A stretch of DNA of 64,000 nucleotides from a virus. Every line of letters begins with the position of its first letter. Within the stretch, counting starts at the first letter, position 1. The stretch spans positions 30,059 to 94,058 of the IMG/VR virus record IMGVR_UViG_3300045391_002864. The stretch is one strand, 5' to 3'. The notes under the pieces were generated by a model. The model was not told the DNA's origin and did not search any database. It saw only the letters and a program-made list of their open reading frames with translations. Both the position numbers and the translations under genes were made by a program. Shown piece after piece: positions 27,155 to 35,056 of the stretch.

Positions 27155-27837
27155 GCCCGCGCGCTGCCTGGGAAACCGCGAAAGAGTCGGCCGCCGCCAT
27201 CTGTGAGCAGCTGAAGAGGTGGGGCGATAACACCCCTGGAACTGGCAACACGAAAGCATGGGCACGCGCGGCCGAAAGCCTCGCACATCAAATTCGCTCT
27301 ATGAGGCCGCCCGAAGATTTGCCGGCTGACCCGCGCGACGAGGAGATCACAAAGCTGCGCGGGCTCCTTCAGGAGTTTTGCGACCGCGTCGAGCGCGGCG
27401 AGGTTCGCAGCGTGCGGACGTACGCCAAGGTCAAAGAAGCGCTCGCAAGCAGCACGTCGCCGGACGCTACCGCCCCTGCACACAATCAGGAGATCAATCG
27501 CCTGACGCACCACCGCGATCTGCTGGCGAAAGCCCTCGGCGATCTCCTCCAGGCGGCTGGCTTGGTCCGTTCCGACGAGCCCGTGTTCCTTACCGGCCCG
27601 GAGCTTATCGCGATCGCCGAAGCCGCTACGGAACATTTCAAGAAGCAGCCCCCGGCCGCGCCCGCAGCGCAAAAGCGCGTGCCGGTGAAGGTCGTCGACA
27701 GTGGCACCGATGAATATGCCTACGCGTGGGTTCTGTGCAACGACGGCACGATGTTCTTTTACGATCACGAGGACAAAGAATACAACGAGTTGCCGCCGAT
27801 TCCGCAGCCCGGCGTGGCGAAGGAGTGCGCAGCATGA
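27151..27837 (+). CDS. Hypothetical mosaic protein
   Basis: Coupled ORF; C-terminal LCNDGTMF..ELPPIPQ. Confidence 0.7.
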   Translation: MSPRAAWETAKESAAAICEQLKRWGDNTPGTGNTKAWARAAESLAHQIRSMRPPEDLPADPRDEEITKLRGLLQEFCDRVERGEVRSVRTYAKVKEALASSTSPDATAPAHNQEINRLTHHRDLLAKALGDLLQAAGLVRSDEPVFLTGPELIAIAEAATEHFKKQPPAAPAAQKRVPVKVVDSGTDEYAYAWVLCNDGTMFFYDHEDKEYNELPPIPQPGVAKECAA

Positions 27838-28298
27838 AGCTCGAAGCGACAATCCGCCGGCTGAAGCTCGGCATCGCGACCCTGGAGAGAGCCATCGCCG
27901 AGGAACGGCCGTTCAGCATCCGCTGGTGGAGGCTGGACCGGGCGAACGTATTTGACACATCAGTTGTCTCCGGAAGGGAAGATCACCCCTGCGGCACCGT
28001 ATGCTGCGCAGTCGGCCTTATGATGGAAGACCCCGCACATCATAGGCAGGGCCTTCGTGAGCGCGATAACTGGCCGGCTTTTGGAAGGCGCGGAGTCGGA
28101 TTCGAGTCGGTCGCGGCATATTTCGGAATCACTCATGACGAGGCGATGAACCTGTTCCATTCGGAGAGATATCGCGACGATGACAAAGTCAAGCTCCCGA
28201 CCGTGCTGAACAAGCTGAAGCGGTTCACGCGCGCCAAGGAGAAGGCGCTGAAGCAGATGCGGCAACAACAGGCCGACGCGGCGGAGAGTGCACAATGA
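27834..28298 (+). CDS. Hypothetical phage protein
   Basis: CGTVCCAVG motif. Confidence 0.7.
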   Translation: MKLEATIRRLKLGIATLERAIAEERPFSIRWWRLDRANVFDTSVVSGREDHPCGTVCCAVGLMMEDPAHHRQGLRERDNWPAFGRRGVGFESVAAYFGITHDEAMNLFHSERYRDDDKVKLPTVLNKLKRFTRAKEKALKQMRQQQADAAESAQ

Positions 28299-28657
28299 TG
28301 CCGATCACGACCAGCCCTGGCGCGCTGCTGATCCTGCTGCTGGCCGGGCATTTCCTGGCGGACTTCCCTTTGCAGGGAGAGTTTCTAGCCCTTGGAAAAA
28401 ACCGGAATACGGATATCGGCCGGCAGTGGTGGCCGTGGGCGCTCCCAGGCCACGCCATGATTCATGCCGGCTTCGTCCTCGTCATCACGGGCTCCGCATT
28501 GTTCGCCCTCCTTGAGTTCGTCCTGCACACCCTGATCGACTGGGCCAAGTGCGAGGACGTAATCGGCATGCATGCCGATCAGGCGTTCCATGTCCTGTGC
28601 AAGTTCGGTTGGTGGATCGGCGTGCTTGCCGCCATCGCTCTCGGAGCGCAGGCATGA
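28295..28657 (+). CDS. DUF3307-family membrane protein
   Basis: GHFLADFPLQ, HAMIH, HTLIDWAK, DQAFH. Confidence 0.85.
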   Translation: MMPITTSPGALLILLLAGHFLADFPLQGEFLALGKNRNTDIGRQWWPWALPGHAMIHAGFVLVITGSALFALLEFVLHTLIDWAKCEDVIGMHADQAFHVLCKFGWWIGVLAAIALGAQA

Positions 28658-28851
28658 GCCAAAACCCATTGACCGAGATGCTTCGTCCGCATGTGGCTGA
28701 ACTGAAAAGGCAGTCAGACGCGGGGGACGAGAGTGCGAGACAGGTTATTACCCTCTACCAGATGTATGTTAGATGCCCAGGCGACCCAGGCGCACCGGCC
28801 TTGTGTGAGGAGGCGTTTAACGCTTGGCGCGCAAGGGAAGCCAGCAGATGA
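28654..28851 (+). CDS. Hypothetical protein
   Basis: ATGA coupling. Confidence 0.6.
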   Translation: MSQNPLTEMLRPHVAELKRQSDAGDESARQVITLYQMYVRCPGDPGAPALCEEAFNAWRAREASR

Positions 28852-29045
28852 GCGAAGAGAAACCGAGCGCGCCGTTCCTCGACGGATGGCACGCGCACCG
28901 GACGGGCCTGAAGGGCAACTCCAACCCGCACCATGAGGAGAGACAGCCATACTCTCATAATCAATGGCAGGCGGGTTTCAGCGCGCGGCACAGTGCAGTC
29001 AAGCACGAACTCAAACCCGAATGGGACCATGAGTTCGGGCTATGA
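28848..29045 (+). CDS. Small protein with Rmf-like pattern
   Basis: DGW.A...G....NPH......QWQAGF. Confidence 0.55.
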   Translation: MSEEKPSAPFLDGWHAHRTGLKGNSNPHHEERQPYSHNQWQAGFSARHSAVKHELKPEWDHEFGL

Positions 29046-29482
29046 CCGGAGCATGTGAAACCATCCTGTGCAACAGCTGCTCGATGCCGGGCCGTTGCTG
29101 CTCCGGCTTCAATCTAGGCCGGAAGGACGGGACGTTCCTCGAACAGCTTGTGTGGCTTGCGACGATTCAAACTTCCTTGGACGAGAGAGGTGTGTCTCGC
29201 AGCGGAGAGCCAGGAGAGAGCGACACCCACGCCATGGTCGGCCTGCCGTTTCTTCCTCTCTTTCAGCATTCTTGCGGGGACTGGATGTTCTGGTGCCCGC
29301 TCCTCGATATCAAGACAGGGCGCTGTTCTGACTATGAGAATCGCCCGGCCTTATGCCGGTCGTATAAGGCCGGGTCGGACTACCTGTGCATTATGAAGTG
29401 GCGCCAGGACCGCGAGAGCGGCAGCTACGTTGTTCGCGACTTCGACGGGAACGAGAGGGCGCGTATTCCAAGCCCGGACTAG
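29042..29482 (+). CDS. YkgJ-like cysteine-cluster protein
   Basis: CNSC...GRCC, CPLLD..TGRCSDYENRPALCR.Y. Confidence 0.8.
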   Translation: MTGACETILCNSCSMPGRCCSGFNLGRKDGTFLEQLVWLATIQTSLDERGVSRSGEPGESDTHAMVGLPFLPLFQHSCGDWMFWCPLLDIKTGRCSDYENRPALCRSYKAGSDYLCIMKWRQDRESGSYVVRDFDGNERARIPSPD

Positions 29483-30120
29483 ACCGCGCCCTCGACCTGA
29501 TACCGGCGGCGGACGGGGCGGCGCCGCACCGCGCTTGCCCCGGCCACCTCCTGCCAGACGTCGAGATAATGGTTCCCATGCACCGCACCGCCGGCACCGC
29601 TCTTGAGCCCGACCACCGAGACGCGGCGCACCAGGGCGTACGGGAAGCCCTCCGCCCCGCTTAGCGCGCCAAACACCGCGTCCAGAACGCCGGAGCGGCC
29701 CCAGGCGGCCAGTGTGCGGGAAGCCGATGGCTTCACTCCGTACTCGGCCGGCACCTGGGAGAGCGGCACGTTGAAGCGCGCCATGTAGAGGACTGCGTCG
29801 AGGAAGCGGCGGTTCCTGATCGCGTCGGTAGGGCGCGGGAACAGATCGCGCACCAGGGCGAACTCCTCGTCCGTCAGATCGCGGGCTTCGCGCTTGTATG
29901 CGACCCGCGTCGTGCGCGCATGCGGGAAGCGTGGTGTAAGCTCGCGCTCGCGCGCCCACTCCTCCAGATCGTCGACCGCGTAGTGGTAGCGGTTGCGACC
30001 GTCGTGCAGCTTGCAGAACGGCGGCCCTTTTCCGGCCCGGCGCCAGCGGTTCAGAGTCTCGACCGTCGTCCCAAGAAACGTTGCTGCTCCCGTGGTGTTA
30101 AGAAACTTGCGCAGAGCCAC
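29479..30120 (-). CDS. Xis/MerR-type HTH fused to IS5 transposase N-terminal (DUF4096-like) domain
   Basis: AATFLG....TLNRWR..GKGP.F; DLTDEEFALVRDLFP..FLDAVLYMAR..VPAEYG..W..SGV. Confidence 0.7.
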   Translation of the reverse strand: MALRKFLNTTGAATFLGTTVETLNRWRRAGKGPPFCKLHDGRNRYHYAVDDLEEWARERELTPRFPHARTTRVAYKREARDLTDEEFALVRDLFPRPTDAIRNRRFLDAVLYMARFNVPLSQVPAEYGVKPSASRTLAAWGRSGVLDAVFGALSGAEGFPYALVRRVSVVGLKSGAGGAVHGNHYLDVWQEVAGASAVRRRPVRRRYQVEGAV

Positions 30121-30132
30121 TATAATTCCTTC

Positions 30133-30339
30133 ATGTCAATTGAAAAATCCCTCGTCCCTGACGCGGACGAAGCCAAACTAATCGAAGCTGCCGCGCTCGT
30201 TGTAGAGCGGATAGCGTCGATCGCAAACAACACCGATGCGCCCGCGTACATGCGCGCGAAGGCGGCGAACCATCTGCTATCCCTTGGCTTCGGCCCGGTG
30301 GCTTCCGATGAAGCGGACGAAAACGAGGGAGATGAATAA
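30133..30339 (+). CDS. Hypothetical protein, related to downstream gene
   Basis: RAKAANHLLSLGFGP resembles RVAAATAILDRGYGKP. Confidence 0.6.
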   Translation: MSIEKSLVPDADEAKLIEAAALVVERIASIANNTDAPAYMRAKAANHLLSLGFGPVASDEADENEGDE

Positions 30340-30722
30340 TGGCGAACGCTGAAAAATTTCTGGCCGGCATGCCCAAGCGTAGTACCGCCCTGGCTGATCC
30401 CTTGGAGCTAGCCTGCCGCGAACGCATGCTCTCGATGGTGGCTGTCCTGGAGACCATCGCCCTCGATACGGCTAACGACGTCAAGGCGAGGGTAGCGGCG
30501 GCGACGGCAATCCTCGACCGGGGCTACGGCAAGCCGGCCATCCGCGCGCAGATCGAGGTCAACGGCGGCGGCAACGACAGCGATATCGAGGGGACCATCA
30601 TCGACGCCAACGAAGCGGCCGACAAGATGATGCTTATTGCTCAGTACGCAGGAAAAATTCCGTTCGATTTGTGGCCGGACGAGATCAAGGAGATCTCTAA
30701 AATGATCGCGCCTCCGGTATAA
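30339..30722 (+). CDS. Possible terminase small subunit
   Basis: RVAAATAILDRGYGKP motif common in TerS-like proteins. Confidence 0.5.
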   Translation: MANAEKFLAGMPKRSTALADPLELACRERMLSMVAVLETIALDTANDVKARVAAATAILDRGYGKPAIRAQIEVNGGGNDSDIEGTIIDANEAADKMMLIAQYAGKIPFDLWPDEIKEISKMIAPPV

Positions 30723-30833
30723 ATCAAAGGCTTAGAAGAATAGGCGAGTACCTTATGGACAATGTCGCAGACGGTTGACAGTTCGACGGCCGCCTGCTTA
30801 GAAATGCTACCGTCATTAACATTGTCGATAAGG

Positions 30834-31079
30834 ATGAGTTTTTTGAGTAACGCCGAGAAAAGGAAGCCGTTCACTTACAGAGTCCCGAATATCGGTGAAC
30901 TCGCGGCTTATATCGACGAACTGGCGAGTGACCAGCGCAAATTCGCTGAGCAGGCGAATACCGTGTCCCATAAGAAAGAGTGCTTGGCCCGTGCCGGTGC
31001 GTATGACGACACGGCGAAGATTCTGCGCAACACCGTCATCGATGTCCTGCCGACTGCGCGACTCGGAGACGCGGCGTGA
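30834..31079 (+). CDS. Hypothetical protein
   Basis: ORF track. Confidence 0.6.
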   Translation: MSFLSNAEKRKPFTYRVPNIGELAAYIDELASDQRKFAEQANTVSHKKECLARAGAYDDTAKILRNTVIDVLPTARLGDAA

Positions 31080-31214
31080 CGCCCTTGCTCGTCGTCTGCG
31101 GGACGATGGTGGCCGTCTCTTTCTTTGCGGCCATGATCGCTGAGGAAGCCTGTTCCGCCTGGAAGGATGTTCAGTTGGCGAAGATCAACGCAGGCTACGT
31201 GAAGGACGAGACGA

Positions 31215-31445
31215 ATGAACCTCAATGAGTTGGCCCAGCGTCTGTACGAGGCGCACCAGCATCGCGGCGAGGAGGTCGACCGTGATATCACGGGCGACTG
31301 GCTTGCTGTTGCGCATGCCGCGCAGGCAATCCTCCAACCGACCGTGATCTTCGCATGCAAGGCCGAATCCGGCATCGAAGTCTGGTACAGCGACGGCCGG
31401 GTCGAAATCATGAAGGCACCTGCAAATGCCCCCGTTCCCGCGTAA
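31215..31445 (+). CDS. Hypothetical protein
   Basis: ORF track. Confidence 0.6.
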   Translation: MNLNELAQRLYEAHQHRGEEVDRDITGDWLAVAHAAQAILQPTVIFACKAESGIEVWYSDGRVEIMKAPANAPVPA

Positions 31446-31581
31446 GAAGGCCGCGCAGGCGGCTCTTTATATTCTGCTCTCGTTTATTGCAGCGAGCACA
31501 GTGATCTCCCTCCCGTGGTGGGCGGCTCTGCCGTTCCTGACCATCGTGTTTTCGGGAACCTTGGCTGCGTGCTTACAGTAG
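31426..31581 (+). CDS. Small membrane protein
   Basis: Manually read, two hydrophobic segments. Confidence 0.5.
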   Translation: MPPFPRKKAAQAALYILLSFIAASTVISLPWWAALPFLTIVFSGTLAACLQ

Positions 31582-31591
31582 GTGAAAGCGC

Positions 31592-31768
31592 ATGGCTAAG
31601 TTCGTAAGGCACTTGAAAGTTGCCGCTGCGGCGGGCGCCGCAGTCGTAATTTCTCTAACGGTTGCTTTCGTGGTCGATCACTTTCGCGAACTTGAGTTCG
31701 CGACGATTGCCGGAGCGGCCGTTTTTCTCTTCGCAATTCTCTATGCAACATTGAAAGATTTTTTCTAA
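31592..31768 (+). CDS. Small membrane protein
   Basis: Manually read, TAATG coupled to exonuclease. Confidence 0.55.
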   Translation: MAKFVRHLKVAAAAGAAVVISLTVAFVVDHFRELEFATIAGAAVFLFAILYATLKDFF

Positions 31769-32337
31769 TGGCCCAGATCATGTTGGACCTCGAAACGTTC
31801 GGGACGCGCCCCGGCGCTGCCATCTGGCAGATCGGCGCATGCGAGTTCGACCTTCAGAGCGGGCGTCTCGGCCGGGCTATCCAGATCGACGTTGATCCGG
31901 GTACATGCCAGCTGATCGGCCTCGGCATCGACGCGGAGACGGTCAAATGGTGGATGCAGCAGAGCCAGTCGGCTCGTGCCCGCATGGCGAATGCGACGAA
32001 GCACGTCAGCGTCGCGCTTAACGAGTTCAGCGAGTGGGTTAAGGAAGACTCCCAGGTTTGGGGAAACGGCGCCGGTTTCGATCAGGTGCTCCTGCGCGAA
32101 GCCTATTTGCGCGCCGGGCGGCCGACGCCGTGGCAGTTCTGGAACGATCGCTGCTTCAGGACCATCAAAAACCTCTACGGCGTCGAAGCACCGAAGCCGC
32201 TGACTCTGGATCAGTACCGGGCACATGGCCTCGTCCTCGACGGCGATATCGCCTGCGAGTTACATGTCGCGGCATGGGATTCGATCGTCCAGGCGCATTG
32301 GCTCCTGAAGATTTTTGGCAAGGATTTGACAGGCTAG
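31768..32337 (+). CDS. DEDDh 3'-5' exonuclease (ExoVIII/DUF5051-like)
   Basis: MLDLET, TVKWWMQQ, WGNGAGFD, RCFRT, H.A.WD...QA. Confidence 0.88.
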   Translation: MAQIMLDLETFGTRPGAAIWQIGACEFDLQSGRLGRAIQIDVDPGTCQLIGLGIDAETVKWWMQQSQSARARMANATKHVSVALNEFSEWVKEDSQVWGNGAGFDQVLLREAYLRAGRPTPWQFWNDRCFRTIKNLYGVEAPKPLTLDQYRAHGLVLDGDIACELHVAAWDSIVQAHWLLKIFGKDLTG

Positions 32338-32409
32338 TTTCCCGCTGGGCAGAGGGGTTTTACGGCTCCTCTGCGTCATGTTATTAGTGACAATGCCACT
32401 AACGTTTTT

Positions 32410-32566
32410 CGGGAGGGGATATCCTCCAGACTTGCCGGGAGCGCTGGTCTTCAACACTTTTCCTCTCTAACCGCGAGCGATCCCAAAAGGCGTTCGTTAC
32501 GTTCGCGGCATGGGTAAAAACGATCCCCTTAAAAGGTATAGCGTTTAAGGAAAAGACGCTCCCGCC
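32410..32566 (+). ncRNA. Candidate structured RNA or leader upstream of GcrA-like gene
   Basis: Closing stem 32436-43/32557-64 enclosing further hairpins; no ORF. Confidence 0.4.
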
Positions 32567-32593
32567 GTTGGCTCAACTGAAAGTTTAGATGCC

Positions 32594-32872
32594 ATGACTG
32601 AATACTTTCCCGAGGGCTGGACGGAAGCGCAATTCCATCTTGCCCAAAAGCTGTATCAAGAGGGGCTGTCGCTCCGGCTGATCGGTATTCAGGTCGGAAA
32701 AACCGGCGACATCGTCAAAGGAGTTGCACATAGGGCGGGATGGCCGCGCCGCGTGCCGCCGGTCTGCCCCGCCGGTAAGGCACGCGGCTATGACGCGCTT
32801 CCGCCCGGACATCCTCTTACCTGGGGCGTGATCTCGAATGAATCCTTTCCAACAAGGCGCATTTTCGCATGA
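32594..32872 (+). CDS. GcrA-like regulator (N-terminal HTH)
   Basis: WTE......KLYQEGLS...IG..VG.T...VKG.AHRAG resembles GcrA N-terminus. Confidence 0.7.
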   Translation: MTEYFPEGWTEAQFHLAQKLYQEGLSLRLIGIQVGKTGDIVKGVAHRAGWPRRVPPVCPAGKARGYDALPPGHPLTWGVISNESFPTRRIFA

Positions 32873-33411
32873 CCCGCATCGTTTTTCTTAACGGACCGCC
32901 GAGGAGCGGGAAAGACACTGCTGCCCGGCTCATCATGAACGCCTTCCACGGCGTACAGCGGCTCGGTTTCGCCGATCATCTGAAGCGTGCCACACACGCT
33001 GCGTACGGGATGTTCGACATCCCGTTCGATCACTTCGAAGCCGTCAAGGACGATCCCCGCGAGGAGTTCTTCGGGCTTGCGCCCCGGCGTGCCTACATCG
33101 AGCACTCCGAGACCTATATGAAGCCGCTACACGGCCCTCTCGTGTTCGGTCATCTTTGGCTGCGCGATGCACGCCAGCGCAATGCATCTGCGATCTGCGT
33201 ACCGGATAGCGGCTTCGCTCCCGAGGCTGGGCCGGGCATCGAGCACTTCGGCGCCGAGAACTGTACGCTTATCCGTCTGCACCGGCCGGGGCATGACTTC
33301 GGCAATGACAGCCGAAGCTATGTCGAGCTTCCAGTGCGCACGTTCGATATCGCCAATGACGATGACACGGGGCGCTTGCGCGCGCGGCTGATGGAAGTGC
33401 TAGCAGCATGA
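32869..33411 (+). CDS. Deoxynucleoside monophosphate kinase
   Basis: LNGPPRSGKDT, FADHLK, PR.AYI..SE..MKP..G, DSGF.PE. Confidence 0.88.
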   Translation: MTRIVFLNGPPRSGKDTAARLIMNAFHGVQRLGFADHLKRATHAAYGMFDIPFDHFEAVKDDPREEFFGLAPRRAYIEHSETYMKPLHGPLVFGHLWLRDARQRNASAICVPDSGFAPEAGPGIEHFGAENCTLIRLHRPGHDFGNDSRSYVELPVRTFDIANDDDTGRLRARLMEVLAA

Positions 33412-33749
33412 AGCTCGTCATTCTGGAGAGCCCATTCGCGGCGCCGACTGACGAGCTGATCGAGCGCAATATCGCATTCGGACGGGCCTGCGTACGCGAT
33501 AGCCTTCTTCACGGTGAGGCCCCGATCGCATCGCACCTTCTCTACACGCAGCCGGGCATCCTCGATGACCGCGTGCCGGCCGAACGGAAGCGTGGAATCG
33601 AAGCCGGGCTCGCGTGGCGGAAGGTGGCCGAGGCCAGCGTCGTCTACACGAACCTTGGCATCTCGGAAGGCATGCGCCTCGGCATTGCGTACGCAGAGGC
33701 GAGCGACATACCCGTCATCTACCGGACACTGCCCGAGGGCAGCTGGTGA
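33408..33749 (+). CDS. Conserved phage protein (deoxyribosyltransferase-like fold)
   Basis: VILESPFA, GEAPIASHLLY, ER..GI.AGL.W, GIS.GM..GI. Confidence 0.75.
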   Translation: MKLVILESPFAAPTDELIERNIAFGRACVRDSLLHGEAPIASHLLYTQPGILDDRVPAERKRGIEAGLAWRKVAEASVVYTNLGISEGMRLGIAYAEASDIPVIYRTLPEGSW

Positions 33750-33949
33750 GTGATCCTGCGGCCCGAGAGATACCCGACGAGGAGCTTCTTCGCCGGGCCG
33801 TTCTGAATAGTCGCTGTCGGAATTACCGGCGCGGCTTCCGCCACCCCCGATGGGCCGCAGTCATGCGCACCTTCGGGCTTGGCTCCTCCTATGCGCGGGA
33901 GATGTGCGAGCGCTTCGGGATCGATCCCGACGAGATGGTGTGCCGGTAG
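33746..33949 (+). CDS. Hypothetical phage protein
   Basis: RWAAVM.TFGLGS.YA..MC.RFG.DPDE. Confidence 0.75.
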   Translation: MSDPAAREIPDEELLRRAVLNSRCRNYRRGFRHPRWAAVMRTFGLGSSYAREMCERFGIDPDEMVCR

Positions 33950-33978
33950 TCGGCGCACCTAAACCCCAAAGGAAACAC

Positions 33979-34989
33979 ATGACTCTGACACGAAACTATG
34001 GTGCGACGCCGCGCGGGCTGTTCCCAGACCTGCTTGGCATTTTCGCCTTTATGCTGCTTCTCTTCCTTGCGCTCCCGATCGCCGCATCAGCGCAAGTTCT
34101 GTCGGCGCCCGTCGTCTCGCCGGCAACCGTCGTCGCCGAGATTCAAACCGGCGATCTCAACGTCGCGCACGGCGATCTACTCGCCATCGTCCAGGCACAT
34201 CCCGACAGCGCCAAGGCATGGTTCCTACTCGCTGACGTCGACGCCAGGATGGGCGACCGCATCGGCGCGGCAACCTCCCTCGCAAATGCGCGGCAGATCG
34301 ATCCCACGCTGACGATCGCGAACCGGCAGGAACTGGAGCGCGTGGAACAAATCGTAAACCGCCCCGTGCTGAGCGCCCAGGCCGTGCCTGCCGTGCAGGT
34401 TGTCCATGTCATGCCGGTCCGTCACTCGTCGCTTGGCCACGCTCTGGTCCTAATCCTGATCGTGGCACTCGCTCTCATGATGGTGACGTGGATTATCCGC
34501 TCATGGTCGCGGCCTGTGGAACGGGAGGTTCACTACGTCGGCGGTGGCCGGGGCGGGGCGGCACCGACGTTCGCAAGGGCCAGTGCGCCACTGTCTCCGG
34601 CTCCCGGCGGCAGCACGGTCTACGTCGAGGCGGCGCCGCGCTATCCGGGGGCCGGATATGTCGGGCCGATGCCTGGTTACTATCCCGATCCCGGTATGAG
34701 CATGGTTGAAGGCATGATGATCGGCGAGATGGTCGCGGGTGCAACGCAGCCCAACGCCATCATCGAGGAGCCAGTGGTTGAGGTCGATCCGATCGTCGAT
34801 ACGTCCAGTGGATGGAATGGCGGCGGAGGCATGAACAGCGTTCTGTCCGATGTCGGCTCCCGGTCAGATAGCTGGTCCGGAAACTCCGGCGGCGGTTGGT
34901 CCGGTGGCTCCAGCACTTCCGGCGGTAGCAGCGGATGGTCCGGCGGCGGCTCCAGCACTTCCGGCGGAGGAAGTGGGGGCGGCTGGTGA
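33979..34989 (+). CDS. TPR-containing membrane protein with Gly/Ser-rich tail
   Basis: Hydrophobic leader, HPDSAKAWFLLA TPR, TM helix, GGWSGG repeats. Confidence 0.75.
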   Translation: MTLTRNYGATPRGLFPDLLGIFAFMLLLFLALPIAASAQVLSAPVVSPATVVAEIQTGDLNVAHGDLLAIVQAHPDSAKAWFLLADVDARMGDRIGAATSLANARQIDPTLTIANRQELERVEQIVNRPVLSAQAVPAVQVVHVMPVRHSSLGHALVLILIVALALMMVTWIIRSWSRPVEREVHYVGGGRGGAAPTFARASAPLSPAPGGSTVYVEAAPRYPGAGYVGPMPGYYPDPGMSMVEGMMIGEMVAGATQPNAIIEEPVVEVDPIVDTSSGWNGGGGMNSVLSDVGSRSDSWSGNSGGGWSGGSSTSGGSSGWSGGGSSTSGGGSGGGW

Positions 34990-35008
34990 CGCCCGGCGGA
35001 TGAATACG

Positions 35009-35038
35009 AGAAAGGCGCCTTACGGCGCCTTTTCTTTT
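35009..35038. terminator. Bidirectional terminator
   Basis: aaaggcgcc-ttac-ggcgccttt between convergent genes. Confidence 0.8.
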
Positions 35039-35056
35039 ACCCGGACGGCACACTCA

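Noticed and set aside
29479-30120. Intact IS5 insertion sequence
   Set aside because: No DDE domain, terminal inverted repeats or target duplication
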